NCBI RefSeq assembly: GCF_009914755.1
Contig: NC_060934.1
DNA: 64,000 nucleotides
Source of the DNA: the human T2T-CHM13v2.0 reference genome, Homo sapiens
Strand: one strand, 5' to 3'
In this document: in pieces, positions 31,766 to 46,640 of the stretch
Layout of the letters: each line of letters begins with the position of its first letter
Position numbering within the stretch: the stretch's first letter is position 1
The notes under the pieces: generated by a model
What the model was told of the DNA's origin: nothing
Databases searched by the model: none
The model's input: only the letters and a program-made list of their open reading frames with translations
Made by a program: the position numbers and the translations under genes

Positions 31766-32732
31766 ACAGTAGTGCTGAGATTGGAGGCAAGTCCAGCCCA
31801 ACCCCAGAACCCCATTACCCAGCTCTTTGGTGATCTTTTCTAACATTGGGATACCCAGCTAAGGAATGAGGATCATAGCTGTGCAGGAATGAGGGCTGTC
31901 TGTGAAAACAAGAAGTGCTCCTGCACCAGCCCAGACAAAGACCCCCCACTTATCTCCATTTATTTCTTGTCCTCCAAGTGATGCTGGAGCCCCTGGGTTT
32001 CCCCACATACAATCCCTCAAATTTCTGACCCCTGCTATTTATCTTCCATTGAGCCTTAGGTTCTGGTGAGAGTAACAAGGATAGACAAGGGTTCACAGCC
32101 CAGAGCTAGGGATGCCCTATACCCTGGGCAGTGACCTTGGAAGGGCTGATTCAGCTGGAACTCAATATTGAAGCACCTAGGATGTGCCTGTTTACACACA
32201 GAAAAAAGATAATGCAGAAGCATGGGGTCCCTGATTAGCTGATCTGAGCTGGGCTGGGGCTTGGCAATCATTGGATCCAGTGCTTTTCCTAAAACATGAG
32301 CATTGAGTTTCCTGCCCACACAACCCTGGGCTTAATTAAGTCCAAGCAACAAACAGGGTCCTCAGTATGCTTAAAGCATTGACATTGGATGGAAGACAAT
32401 TCAATGTTTGAGAAATCCCTGCAGACCCTCTGGGAATGTTTTGAATTCTAAGGAGACCATCTTGCCCTACTTCCTTATTTGACAGAAATGGAAAACTGTG
32501 GCTCACTGAGGTGGAGTGAAATACCCCAGGTCATCCAGCAAGGTGAGGGTGGAGCAAAGGCTTGGTCCCATAGCATATATTCATCCATCTCCTTGCCCAT
32601 CCATTGTCTTCCAGCAGAATGTAAGCTCTGAGAAGATAAGGATTTTCCTCTCCTTTTCTACAACTGCTGTCTTCCTTGATTCTAGCACAGTGGCTGGCAC
32701 AGGTTGGGTGCTCAGTAAATATCTGGTGAATT

Positions 32733-33085
<353 letters not shown>

Positions 33086-33422
33086 TCAGAAAGCTGATCT
33101 GAGCACCTACTATGTGCTACAAGCTGTGGCAGGTACTGGGGATAAGATTTGAGCAAGACAGGACCCTTGCCTTCAAGGCACTTAGTTCTCAAGGGCAAGA
33201 CGGTAGGTATACAGCTAGGCACAGAATTCTGTGACTACAGTTTTTTAAATGCTACAAAGGGATTTGGGGCTTGTGTAATCTGAACTCAGCCAGGAGGTCA
33301 CAGAAGACTTTAGACCAAGGTTTAAAATAAAGAGGCTGAGGCAAGGCTCCAGTCCCAGAGCATCCCCAGGAGGCCTACCCTGTTCTTCCATGAGTGTCTC
33401 CTGATTGGAAACTCTTGAGTCT

Positions 33423-33810
<388 letters not shown>

Positions 33811-34166
33811 TTAATGTGCTGAGCCTCGACTAACTGTCCCACCCACTGAGCAGCACTGAGCACAGAGGGTAAACCCTGCAAAGGAAGTGACCAGCTTAGA
33901 GAACACTGTTCATCACTCCGAGGCCTGATGTTAACCACCCTGAGGCTTCATATTAAACAGAACACAATAAAAATGTTCTGGGTATGTTTCTTGTAAAGAG
34001 TCCCTTTTTTTTAGAGATACGTATTAAAATATTTACAGATGAAATCATATAATGTCTGCATGTTGCTTCAGCATAATATTACAGGGGAGAAGGGTTAGGC
34101 TGATGGCCATTAGAACATGCTGACGGTACCTGAGTTCTGTGTATCTTTAGGTTAAAATTTGTTTCA

Positions 34167-34459
<293 letters not shown>

Positions 34460-35482
34460 TTATCCGAAAAGTTTCTTTAAAAAAGCAAAAAATGTAAATA
34501 TATATGTAGATAGATCAATTACATGTGGACCTGGAGCAGCCAACGCCATTGCTTCTCGTTCCCACCAGCAGCCAAGACTCCTCAAGCTGAAATGTTTGGG
34601 TCAGCCACACCTTTGCACCATGGCTTCCTTTGTTCTTCCTGAAGTCTTTCCTAATTGTGCTGGCATACAGGCTTTCCAGCAGGGAATCCCCTGTTTCAGA
34701 ATTTCTTCCTAGCCTGACTAAAGCCTTTGCTGGATCTTATAAATCACAAGATTTCACAGGAGATGCAGCCCTGGATCAGATACTCACTAACACCTCTTGT
34801 CTTCCCTTGAGTGCTGGGAAAGGGATGCTGGAGACTGGGAAACATTTTGCCATTTGCAGTCTTAGGAGATCTTTGTAAAGATTTCTCCCTCTGGATGGTT
34901 TTGACCAGGGCATTGCCAAATTCCATGTCCCAAGAGTCTTGGTTTCTGGATCCTCCTGAGCCTTTGAGTTTCCCATGAGGCCACAGCTGCAAGGGAGGCT
35001 GAGCCAAGTGGCCGTAACAACCGGGCAGAGTAGCGGGCAGAAGCAGGGGCAGGGTGCAAGCCTCTCCTCCCCAGGAGAGGAACTTCCCTGTGCCAAGGGG
35101 AATGAAGGGACCCAGGGGATGCGTAGCAGACCCGGTGCCCTACCTCTTTTCATAGTCTAGGTTCCCCACAGACCCCTTCATCAGCTGGCTTACTGTTCAC
35201 TTCAAGGTCATGACATCAGCTGTGTGATGTGGGGACAGAAATCCCTGGCATGGCCTCTATGTCATCCCTCTGCAGACAGAGGAGGACGCAGGCTTGGCCG
35301 GGATGCTGGAGTCACTGTGGATATAGACCCTGGCCCATTTGACTCAAGAACACATACATAACTGGAACCAAGAGGCTGGGTTAATCCCCTCAAGGCCCTG
35401 GCCATTTGGAAGACCCTAAACCTCCTTCCAGGTGGCCATGCTAAGCAAAGCCACTTGCAGCCACCCTTCCACGATGCATTCT

Positions 35483-37475
35483 ACATCTGAGAAACTGTTG
35501 CTGTCGGCCATCCTGGCCATCATCTTCTGTGGCATCTGCTGTCATAAGTACATGAAAGTCAACATCTCGGAGCAGTCGGCCACCACCATGCACTACACCA
35601 TGAAGATGCTGGCCAGTGGCACCAATACCATCTTCATATCCCTGGGCATCTCGACCATGAACTTGCTCATCTGGACGTGGAACATGGCCTTCATCCTCCT
35701 GCACTGGCCTTCACCTTCATGTACCGAGCCATGGTGTCATCCAGTCCTGACTCCTGTACTGCTATTGGATGATGCAGCTGGAGATCATAGACCAGGTGGT
35801 CATGTCCTATAGAGGCCTGCATGGGGCCATGGCCTTCATCCTGGTCGTGCTTCCGGACAGAAACAAGGTCAAGGAGAAGAACCTGTTTGTCAGCACCACC
35901 GTCATCGTCTTCTTCACAGTCATTTTCCGGGGCCTGCCCATCAAGTCCCTGGTGCAGTGGCTGAAGGTGAAGAGGAGTGAGCACCAGGAGCCCAAGCTCC
36001 ATGAGAAGCTGCACCACCATGCTTTCAACCACATCCTCTTGGCCATCAAGGACATATCCCGGCATATCAGGCACAACTATCTCAGAGAGATGTGGTCCCA
36101 CTTTGACAGGAAGTTCCTCAGTGGGGTTCTCATGAGAAGGCTAACCCAGAAGTCTCGAGATGAGATCCTCAATGTCTTCCATGAGCTGAACCTGAAGGAT
36201 GTCATCAGCTAAGCCATCAGCTAAGCCACCAAGGGAGAGTGCCTAAGGTCCGTGGCCTTCATCAGCTCCCCAAGTACTGATAACGTCGTCAACATGGACT
36301 TCACGCCATGATCGTCCACAACGGTGGCCTCTGTCTCTTACCTTCTGAGGGAGAACATCAGTGCCGTCTGTCTGGACGTTCAGTCCCTGAACGTGGCAGA
36401 CGTTCGGTATGGGGAGGACCCCGTCACGCACCACACGCTGCAGCAGTACCTGTGCAAGCCGGGGAAGGAGTACATTCGTCGCTACAGCCACACCAACTGA
36501 GGACGAGAAGCAGGAGCAGGAAATCTTCGACAGGTCCATGAGGAAGCACCTGGAGTCCTTCAAGTTGAGCAAGCTCGGGATCAACCAGAACAAGAAGGCA
36601 GCCAAGCTGTACAAGCCGAAGAGCGCCCAGAAGCGGTAAAACAGCAGCATCCCCAATAGGGAGCTGCCCAGGTAGAGCCCCGTGCACAATTTCACCATTC
36701 AGGAGAAAGACTTGCAAATTTCAGACACGGAGGACGCCCCCAACTATGATGCTGAGGAGACAAGGGACGGGGGTGGTGTCAGGGCGAGTATTGGGCCCCA
36801 GCCTCGTCGCCAGAGTGCCACCCTGGCTGTCTCCTGGGGAGATGGTGGTGTCCTCACAGAGGGCCTGCGTGCAGATCCCCCACTCTCCTGGCACTTTCCG
36901 CTGCCTGACGCCCTTGCAGCTCAGCTACAAGTCGGTGGACTCATTCCTGCAGGCAGATGGCCCCAGGGAGCGACCCCAGGCTGCCTTCCCCTAGTGCACG
37001 CACATGTGACACCGGCTCTGACATGCTGCTGACTGGACGTTTGTCCTGATGGGCCGCCAGCTGCGGCCTCCAAGAAGCTCCTGGGCGCCCCCGCCCGACC
37101 CGCACCTAGGGAGAACTCCCAAAGCTCTGTGCCTACTCCGGCAGAGCCGCACTAACGCGAACCCGCGAACCCGGGCCGGGGCCTGGGCCTGAGTGGCCAT
37201 ACTGTGCTGCTGAAGCTGGCATCGCTGCCGCCCTTGTGCCAAGCACTGCGCACGTCCTGGGGCAGGAGAGACGCCGCTGTGAACACCTGCCAGGCCGGAA
37301 ATGCCGGCTTGAAGCTGGCTTCCAATGGAATCGCTGCCAGGGAAACCAACCGAGGCCCGCACAAAATGGATTTGCAAAAGTAATATCCCAGGCAAGACTC
37401 CAGGCCCCTCCCAGCCCTGCGCCTCTCCCTGCTGACGGTGGGGTGCGTCCAGAGTGCCAGCACTCAGGGTCTGAC
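35483..37475 (+). pseudogene. SLC9A3P1: 5'-truncated processed pseudogene of SLC9A3 (Na+/H+ exchanger 3); ancestral stop at 37007-37009, then 3'UTR-like GC-rich sequence
   Basis: Intronless NHE3-like peptide fragments across shifting frames: [93 protein letters not shown]...THM*. Several stops (e.g. TAA 36210, TAG 36992) and frameshifts. Pseudogene number inferred from locus context. Confidence 0.93.
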
Positions 37476-37476
37476 C

Positions 37477-38350
37477 CTGGAGGGTGGCAAGTGGGAGGAC
37501 TAAAGAGAGATTGGTAAAGGGGGGAAAAACGGGGTGAGCAAGAGGGAGAGAAGGTTTTGTGAAAAGACAGTGGGGAGAAAAGACAGTGGGGAGGAAAGTT
37601 TTTGGGTAGATGGAGCGGGAAAAGAGGGTGGCGAGCAGGAGGCATAAAAGACGGTGGGGAGAAGAGTGGGGGAAAAGGTTTTGGGTAGATGGAGGGGGGA
37701 AGGTGATAAGCAGGAGGTGGGAAGGAGGATTGGGAAAACGACGATGGAAAAATAGTTTTGGAGTAGATGGAGGGTGAAAAAAGGGTGGCATGTGGGAGAG
37801 GGACGGGAGTGGGGAAGAAGAGGGTGGTGAGCAGGAGCAGGGAGAAGGCTTTGTGAAAAGATGGCGAGGGGGGAAAGACAGTGAGGAAAAAATGTTTTTG
37901 GGTAGATGGAGAGGGAAAAGAGGGTGGAGAGCAGCAGGGGTCAAAAGAGAGTGGTGAGTGAGGGAGACAAGGTTTTCCGAAAAGACCGTGGGGGAAAATG
38001 TTTTTGGGTAGTTGGATGGGGAAAGGAGGGTGACAAGTGGGAGAAGGAAAAAGAGGGTGGCGAGCGGGAGGGAGAGAAGGTTTTGCGAAAAGACAGAGGG
38101 CAGAAAAGAAAGACGGTGCAGAAAGAAAAACGGTGGGTAAAAAGCTTTTGGGTGGATGGAGGGGGGAAAAGAAGGTGGCAAGTGGGAGGAGAAAAGAGGG
38201 TGGCGAGAGGGAGGTAGGAAAGAGGATTGGGAAAAAGACGATGGGGAGAATAGTTTTGGGGTAGATGGAGGGCAAAAAGAGGGTGGCAAGCAGGATAGGG
38301 GAAAGAAGAGGGCAAGCGGGAAGGGGAAAGGGCTTTGTGAAAAGACGGTA
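37477..38350. repeat. Purine-rich complex degenerate repeat, REP522-like
   Basis: About 7 recurrences of TTTTGGGTAGATGGAG..AAAGAGGGTGG and GAAAAGAC(A/G)GTGGGG modules, spaced ~80-145 bp. Family name from recall. Confidence 0.65.
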
Positions 38351-38456
38351 GTGTTGTCTTATGTGGCTTTACACATATAAAATATGTTTCTATTCCTTTC
38401 CTTCTGAAAATTTTTAAGTAGTCACAGTAAGTCTACTCGTACTATAAGAAATGAAT

Positions 38457-38795
38457 CTGGTGGGGTGCATTTGTAATCCCAGCACTTTGGGAGGCCAAGG
38501 CAGGTGGATCACCTGAAGTCAGAAGTTCGAGACCAGCTTGGCCAGCATGGTAAAATCCCATCTCTACTAAAAATACAGAAAGCAGCCAGGCATGGTGGTG
38601 GGCACCTGCAATCCCAGCTTCTTGGAAGGCAGAGGCGGGAGAATCACTTGAACTTGCCAGGCAGAGATTGCAGTGAACCGAGATTGTACCACTGCACTCC
38701 AGCCTGGGAGACAGAGCAAGACTCTGTCTCAAAGAAAGAAAGAGAGAGAGAGAGAGAGAGAAAGGAAGGAAGAAGAAAATGAAAAAAGAAAGAAA
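38457..38795 (+). mobile_element. Alu (AluS-like) with GA-rich tail
   Basis: Alu body followed by (GAAA)n(GA)n. Confidence 0.9.
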
Positions 38796-39196
38796 TGATT
38801 CTAAGTTACTGTTTTTAACTGCTGCAGAGTATTCTGTGGTAGGAACATACAATAGTTCATGTAGTTATTCTCCCAATGATGGACCTTTAGATCATTGCCA
38901 ATATCTCACTGCTACCAGCAATGTTGCTAAGATAATCTTGACTATACTTTCTTGCACACACATGCAAATGTTTTGGTTTTAATAGATATGTCAGATGCCC
39001 TCCAAATTGGCTGCACTAATATGCACTCCCTCTGGTGGGACATGAGGGTACCCATTTGCCCAACTCCGGCTAACATTTATTATCAAAGTTAAAAATACTT
39101 GCCAATCTAATCAGTAAAAATAGCATCTCAATGCCCTTTTATTTGTATTTCCTTGATAAATGGTGAGATCGAGCATTTTTTTCTTAGCAATTTTAA

Positions 39197-39688
<492 letters not shown>

Positions 39689-40125
39689 TGAAATTTCTTT
39701 GTTCCATCTTATTTCCTTTACTGGTTTGAAATTTATACATTTCATTGCTATTTTTCTAATAAATACTCTTAATTTTTTATATCCATATATAATGTTGCCT
39801 AACAAAATCTAAAGGTAAACAGTACATATAGACTCTTCCCAAACAAGATAAGGAGTGTTCACTTCCTCCCACTGTTTTCCTTTTCCCCAACTCTCCTGTT
39901 GATATAATCCAGAATTCTAATTCTAAATTGTTATTTTAAGCATCCATGGCAATCAATACTTTAGTCTTAAATAATAGCATTGGCTGATTACTTAGAGAAG
40001 TGTTACTTTTTTCACACTGCTTCTTCCTCTGGATTCATGTCATTTCTTGCAGGAGGACTTCTTAAGAAGTTCTTTTCAACAGAATCTGTTGGTGGTAAAC
40101 TTTCTTAAATCTTGAATATTCAAGG

Positions 40126-42008
<1,883 letters not shown>

Positions 42009-43371
42009 CACACACATACACACAGACTATGCTCACAAAGACCCTTTGCCTTACTTCAGAAAAAGAGGTAGAGCTACTATTAAGCCCCTACCCTGACAAC
42101 TGGGAGACTAGAAATGAGCCTATTATAAAGAATTGGCAGCAGAAAAGGGACTAAAGAAGAATTAATACTTTTAAAAAAATCTCTTGAATGTGTGTAGTGC
42201 TATTAGCACTGGGGCAAAAAGCCTGATGCACTTTAAGTTCCAAAGTCTTTACCCTGTACAACCTTGCATAATAACTAATGTCCACAATGATGACACTGGG
42301 CCATTAAGGGAGACTAAATTATTCTTACAGTCCTATATTTAATCAAGTAAGGAAATATGTAATCTAATTTGGAAATCTTTAAGATTCAAAATAATGAGAG
42401 TTAACATTTTGTGTGCAGCTAGATATCTTATCTTGAAGACAGACTTTCATTTGCCACATTCTTAAACCCTTGAGTGTGGTCTATAGAAGTAGTCAGAAGT
42501 CATCTCCCATCTGGCCCAAAATTCTTCTCCCATTATTCTTTGGTTTATGCCACAAATATAAGTGCACTATTCCCAGATAAGGACTATATTCAATATCCAC
42601 AGACAGCCTGTTTTGCCATGACAAAACCTGGTCCCTTTCAGTTCAGTCTCAGAACAGAGTCACATTCAAGAAGCAGTTTATAAGGAATTCAAATTTTTAC
42701 TTACATTTCCCAAATGACTGAAAGGAATTCAAATATAAAGTCCGGAGTAACCTTGGTAAAGGTGTCATCTCGCCTTTGTCCACTTCCCTCACGTACTGCA
42801 TCTTCTCTGGGATTTTCAGTAAATGTTTTTCTGCTCCCCTACCAATAAGGCTTTTCTTCCACCTGAAATTTCTCCCCAATATCCACCTCCTTTTTTTGTC
42901 TCCTTTATCTTCTTAGCCATTCCCATTTGTCAAAAGTTAACTCCTACTTTAGAGTTTAACTCAAATACAATAAAATCTCCTTTTCAAGGAATTCTTCAGT
43001 CCTATCACTGAAACTGAATTCCTTCTCCTACTACATTACAATGACTTCTTTAGTTCACATCCAAGAGTAACAGGTAGACTTAAAGAAAAGATAAGAACAG
43101 GCTCTAGAGCCATCAATCCTATTTTATTTGTTTAGTTACCATTTATTATGCCCCTTCTGTATGCCACGCATGTTGCATGCATTTTGCATGTGTTAACTCT
43201 TTAAGTCTCACTGCTTGCCTATGACATAATTACTATAAACCTCATGCTTTAAGATATGATAACTATAGTTTAAAGAAATTAAGTACCTTGCCAATAATCA
43301 CATAGCCAATGAGTGGCATAACCAAGTTTCAAATCCAGAAATGCTGACTCCAGAGCTGAGGTTATTAACCA

Positions 43372-44481
43372 GTGGGGTGGCCATGGAGGAGTGCCACTCA
43401 GACTTCCTTTAAGAGAACCTGCCACAGTGAGCATAGTTGGATCTGCCACATTGTTCATACTGTTACAGTAGGTAACTAGTCAGACATGAGCAGGGCAGGA
43501 GAAAGCTCCCACTACTCCCACACACACCAAAAATGTTACACCACTATCACGTGATGATCAGGCAGTTGTTAGCTGTCTCTCTAACATAATAATTGATCAC
43601 AGCTGGTGCCAGGGAAAGGCAGACTCCCAATAGATAGAAACACTGAATCTGGTGATCAGCAGCTTCCCAACAAGATCTCAGGAGTTGGGTGAGTGGGCTC
43701 AAGCATGTGCATTAAGAGGCAAATGGTAGAGTTTAACTGGTATATGACCTTCTAGGATCCTTCTATCGGAAAGAGAAGAACACCTTAAGTGAGCATGCAT
43801 CCAACTCCAATAAACACACTGCACATGCTCATTTCCCAAGTGCTAGCAGGTCACTGCACATGTGGACAGCCCAACCCAAGAGAATAATCAGTGGAGAAGG
43901 GACACAAGACCCCAGAAGAATGCCAACATACAAAACTCCAAGTCAAAAGGTCAAACCACACACTTGATCTCTGAAGTTGCCCAGTTGGCCCGCTTCTTAC
44001 TTCCTTTCATTCCTGCTTTAAAACTTGCCTCGGTCTCTCCTTCTGCCTTATGCCCCTCCGTCAAATTCTTTCTTCTGAGGAGGTGAAAATTGAGGTTGCT
44101 GCTGGCCCATATGGATTTGCCAGTAACAATAACAAGATCATACTTTCCCTGGGTTACCCCCCAAAAATGACTAAGCACAGCACAAGGACAAGAGCTGAGC
44201 CATTCTTGCCCAACACAAGATCCCTTTATCAAGCATTCTTTGCTGAGGAACTCCTCGCCAGCCTGACTAATGCTTTCTCAAGACTGCACTGTAGTGTGAG
44301 GATCTTCCTTTTCAATCATGCCTTCCTCCATCTCTCCTTTCACAAATACCATATCTGCACTGCAGTCTGAAGGTTCACCAAACTGTTTCTGCTCCTTTCC
44401 CCTTTCCCCTAAATAGGTGTTTTTCCATTAAATCTCTAGCACGCCTGAGCCCATCTCAGCTTCTGCTCCTTGAAAGACACA
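43372..44481 (+). mobile_element. ERVL LTR (LTR16-like) interrupted by a younger LTR
   Basis: Start gtggccatggaggagtgccactcagacttcctttaagagaacctgc; end attaaatctctagcac...gacaca. Confidence 0.65.
43461..44128 (+). mobile_element. ERV1 solo LTR (MER50-like)
   Basis: tgttacagtaggtaactagtcagacatgagcagggcagg ... tttgccagtaaca, with inverted TGTTAC/GTAACA termini. Confidence 0.7.
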
Positions 44482-46640
44482 GGTGGTACCATAAGTGGTC
44501 CAGGAAAACAGGTAATATAATGGGGTTCCAGGACTGGCTCACTCACCATCCATTTGGCAAGAAGGACTGCATCCCAAATAGAATATCAAGTACAGATAGT
44601 CCCTGGCACAGGTGACAGGCCAACTGCTGAAGTTTTCATTGATGTTGACCTGGGAAGATGCCCTAGTCACAGTTCAATGATTCAGTGGGAACAGCTCAAT
44701 GATTTGGGCATTTGAAAGATATCTGGGACCTACACATGCAAAGACAGCAGAGCTGGTAAATAGTTATCAAGTTATTATAATGCTTCACAGGGACATCATG
44801 TGAAAGTGACGATGACTGGCAACCAGCTACAAGCTAAGTGAGGAAACCACGGAGCCTCTTTGTTAATTTATCTCTTACAATAAAAAAGAAGACATGGCCA
44901 AGGAGCAGATTCAGAACTTAATAGTTAGAAATGCAGAACTCCAGAGACATTTAAATACACAGCCAAAGTAGGTCAGTTATACTAAGGCCAGGACTCTGGT
45001 TAGGAAAAGATGGAACCCTAGAATATGGGATGGGGATATCTGAGTGGATGGCCACAAGGATTTTGGCTCTGGAGACTATCCAGACCTTGCAGAGGTGGCC
45101 CACTGCACCACAGTAAGAACCAGCACTTCACTTATGTGGAAGACACTGCAGAAGCTTTAACTCCACAAGGCAACAGGTAACTTCCAAAAGACATGCTCCC
45201 ATCTCCTCTTCTTACTCCCACACCACCCCAGTGGGTACGATTATATCCAACATAACCCAGCTCAGGACACACTGGGCTTCATAAGAGGGAAAGGATTATA
45301 TATACTTCAAAGGAATGGCAAGAATTACCTAATAGGTACACACAGGAGCTGGGATTGGATTGGATTGGGCTTTGGCTTGATCAAGAGGCCAAAGCATAAG
45401 ATTGGAAAAAGAAGGATTCATGGACTTGAAGACACTTTCTTGAGATGTAGGATTTAATGCTCTGGGAAGGGTCCCTGGGCAAGGGGCAAACTTACTACTG
45501 AGTGGGATACTAGTTTCCCATTGTTGATGTAACACATTACCACAACCTTAATAGCTTAACACAACACATATTATGTAACTTACAGTTGTGGAGATCAGAA
45601 GATTGAAATAGGTCTTACTGGGCTGAAATGAAGGTGTTGGCAAGCTGCATACCTTCTGGAGACTCTAAGGGAGAATCTGTTTCTTCATCTTCTTTGGTGT
45701 CTAGAGCCTGCTTATGTTCTTTGGTTCATGGCCCCTTCATCCATCTTCAAAATCAAGTGTAGCATCTTCAAATTTCTCTTCCTCTCTAACCATCCTACTT
45801 CTGTTTTTCACTTACAGGGACCCTTGTTGTTATAATGGGATACTGGGATACACCTGAATAATACAGGATAATCTCGCTATCCCAAGATCCTTGATTTATC
45901 CCTACCTGCAAAGTTCATTTTGCCATGTAAAATAATATGTTCACAAGTTCTGGGGATTAGGATATAGACACCTTTAGGGGGAGGGGGCATTATTCTGCCT
46001 ACCTCAGGTAACTTTTTTGAACCTGAAAAAGCAAAAGCCCACACTGATTGAAGCAGAAATACTTAGATTTTCCTGGAATATGGAAAATACCTGGAGACTT
46101 TGAAGATTATTGGATATATGATTTGAGTTGATATTAACTCCTGGAAATATCATCAAAGCATCATCATTATCACCTGTTAAAGTGGAGCTTATCGCGTATC
46201 AAGTAATAAATGGGAACTGGCTAAAGTCTGGCTTACTGGGGCCCCACCAGGTCCACAAACCCGCCTAATGCTCACTGCTATTCACCTGAGCCAGTGTTGT
46301 TGAACAACAGCCTCCCCAAAGAAATAAAATAAAAGCCCAATGCCTGGTGGTCCTCTTTGTTTCTAGAGAGAGAATATTCCACTCCTACTGGCCACTGCTC
46401 TGGCCAGTCTACAGGATGTGATACAAGCCGGCCTGCCACTGGGGCCATATGAGCCTGCAGAACCCCGTGGTGTGGGAGGGATCGGGGATAGGATGAGATG
46501 CATTGCGGAGTGTATGGCAAACCCTAAGGGGATATTTACACCACAGGCCTGTGGGTATCTAGCCAGGCCATATCATCCACAGTGAAGAAACAGCTCCCAG
46601 CTCATTACGGGGCCCTGCTATTGATGAAATGCCTGACACC
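44482..46640 (+). mobile_element. Decayed ERVL internal region (ERV3-16A3-like)
   Basis: PBS-like tggtaccataagtggtcc directly after the LTR; degenerate gag/pol-like sequence (tgggatggggatatctg). Confidence 0.55.
45510..46005 (-). mobile_element. MaLR LTR (MLT1-like) inside the ERVL internal region
   Basis: tagtttcccattgttgatgtaacacattaccac...ggggcattattctgcctacc. Confidence 0.75.

Noticed and set aside
35432-37032. Functional NHE3-like gene
   Set aside because: N-terminal transmembrane region missing, multiple frameshifts and stops, no introns.
36991-38315. Long minus-strand ORFs (432 aa, 380 aa, 124 aa)
   Set aside because: Pro/Phe/Ser/Leu low-complexity translations of the pyrimidine-rich strand of the repeat. 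Stops are rare because A is scarce, and several frames are open at once.
37477-38350. Recurring modules as a CRISPR-like array
   Set aside because: Units are degenerate with irregular spacing, the intervening sequence is itself repetitive, there are no cas genes, and the context is eukaryotic.
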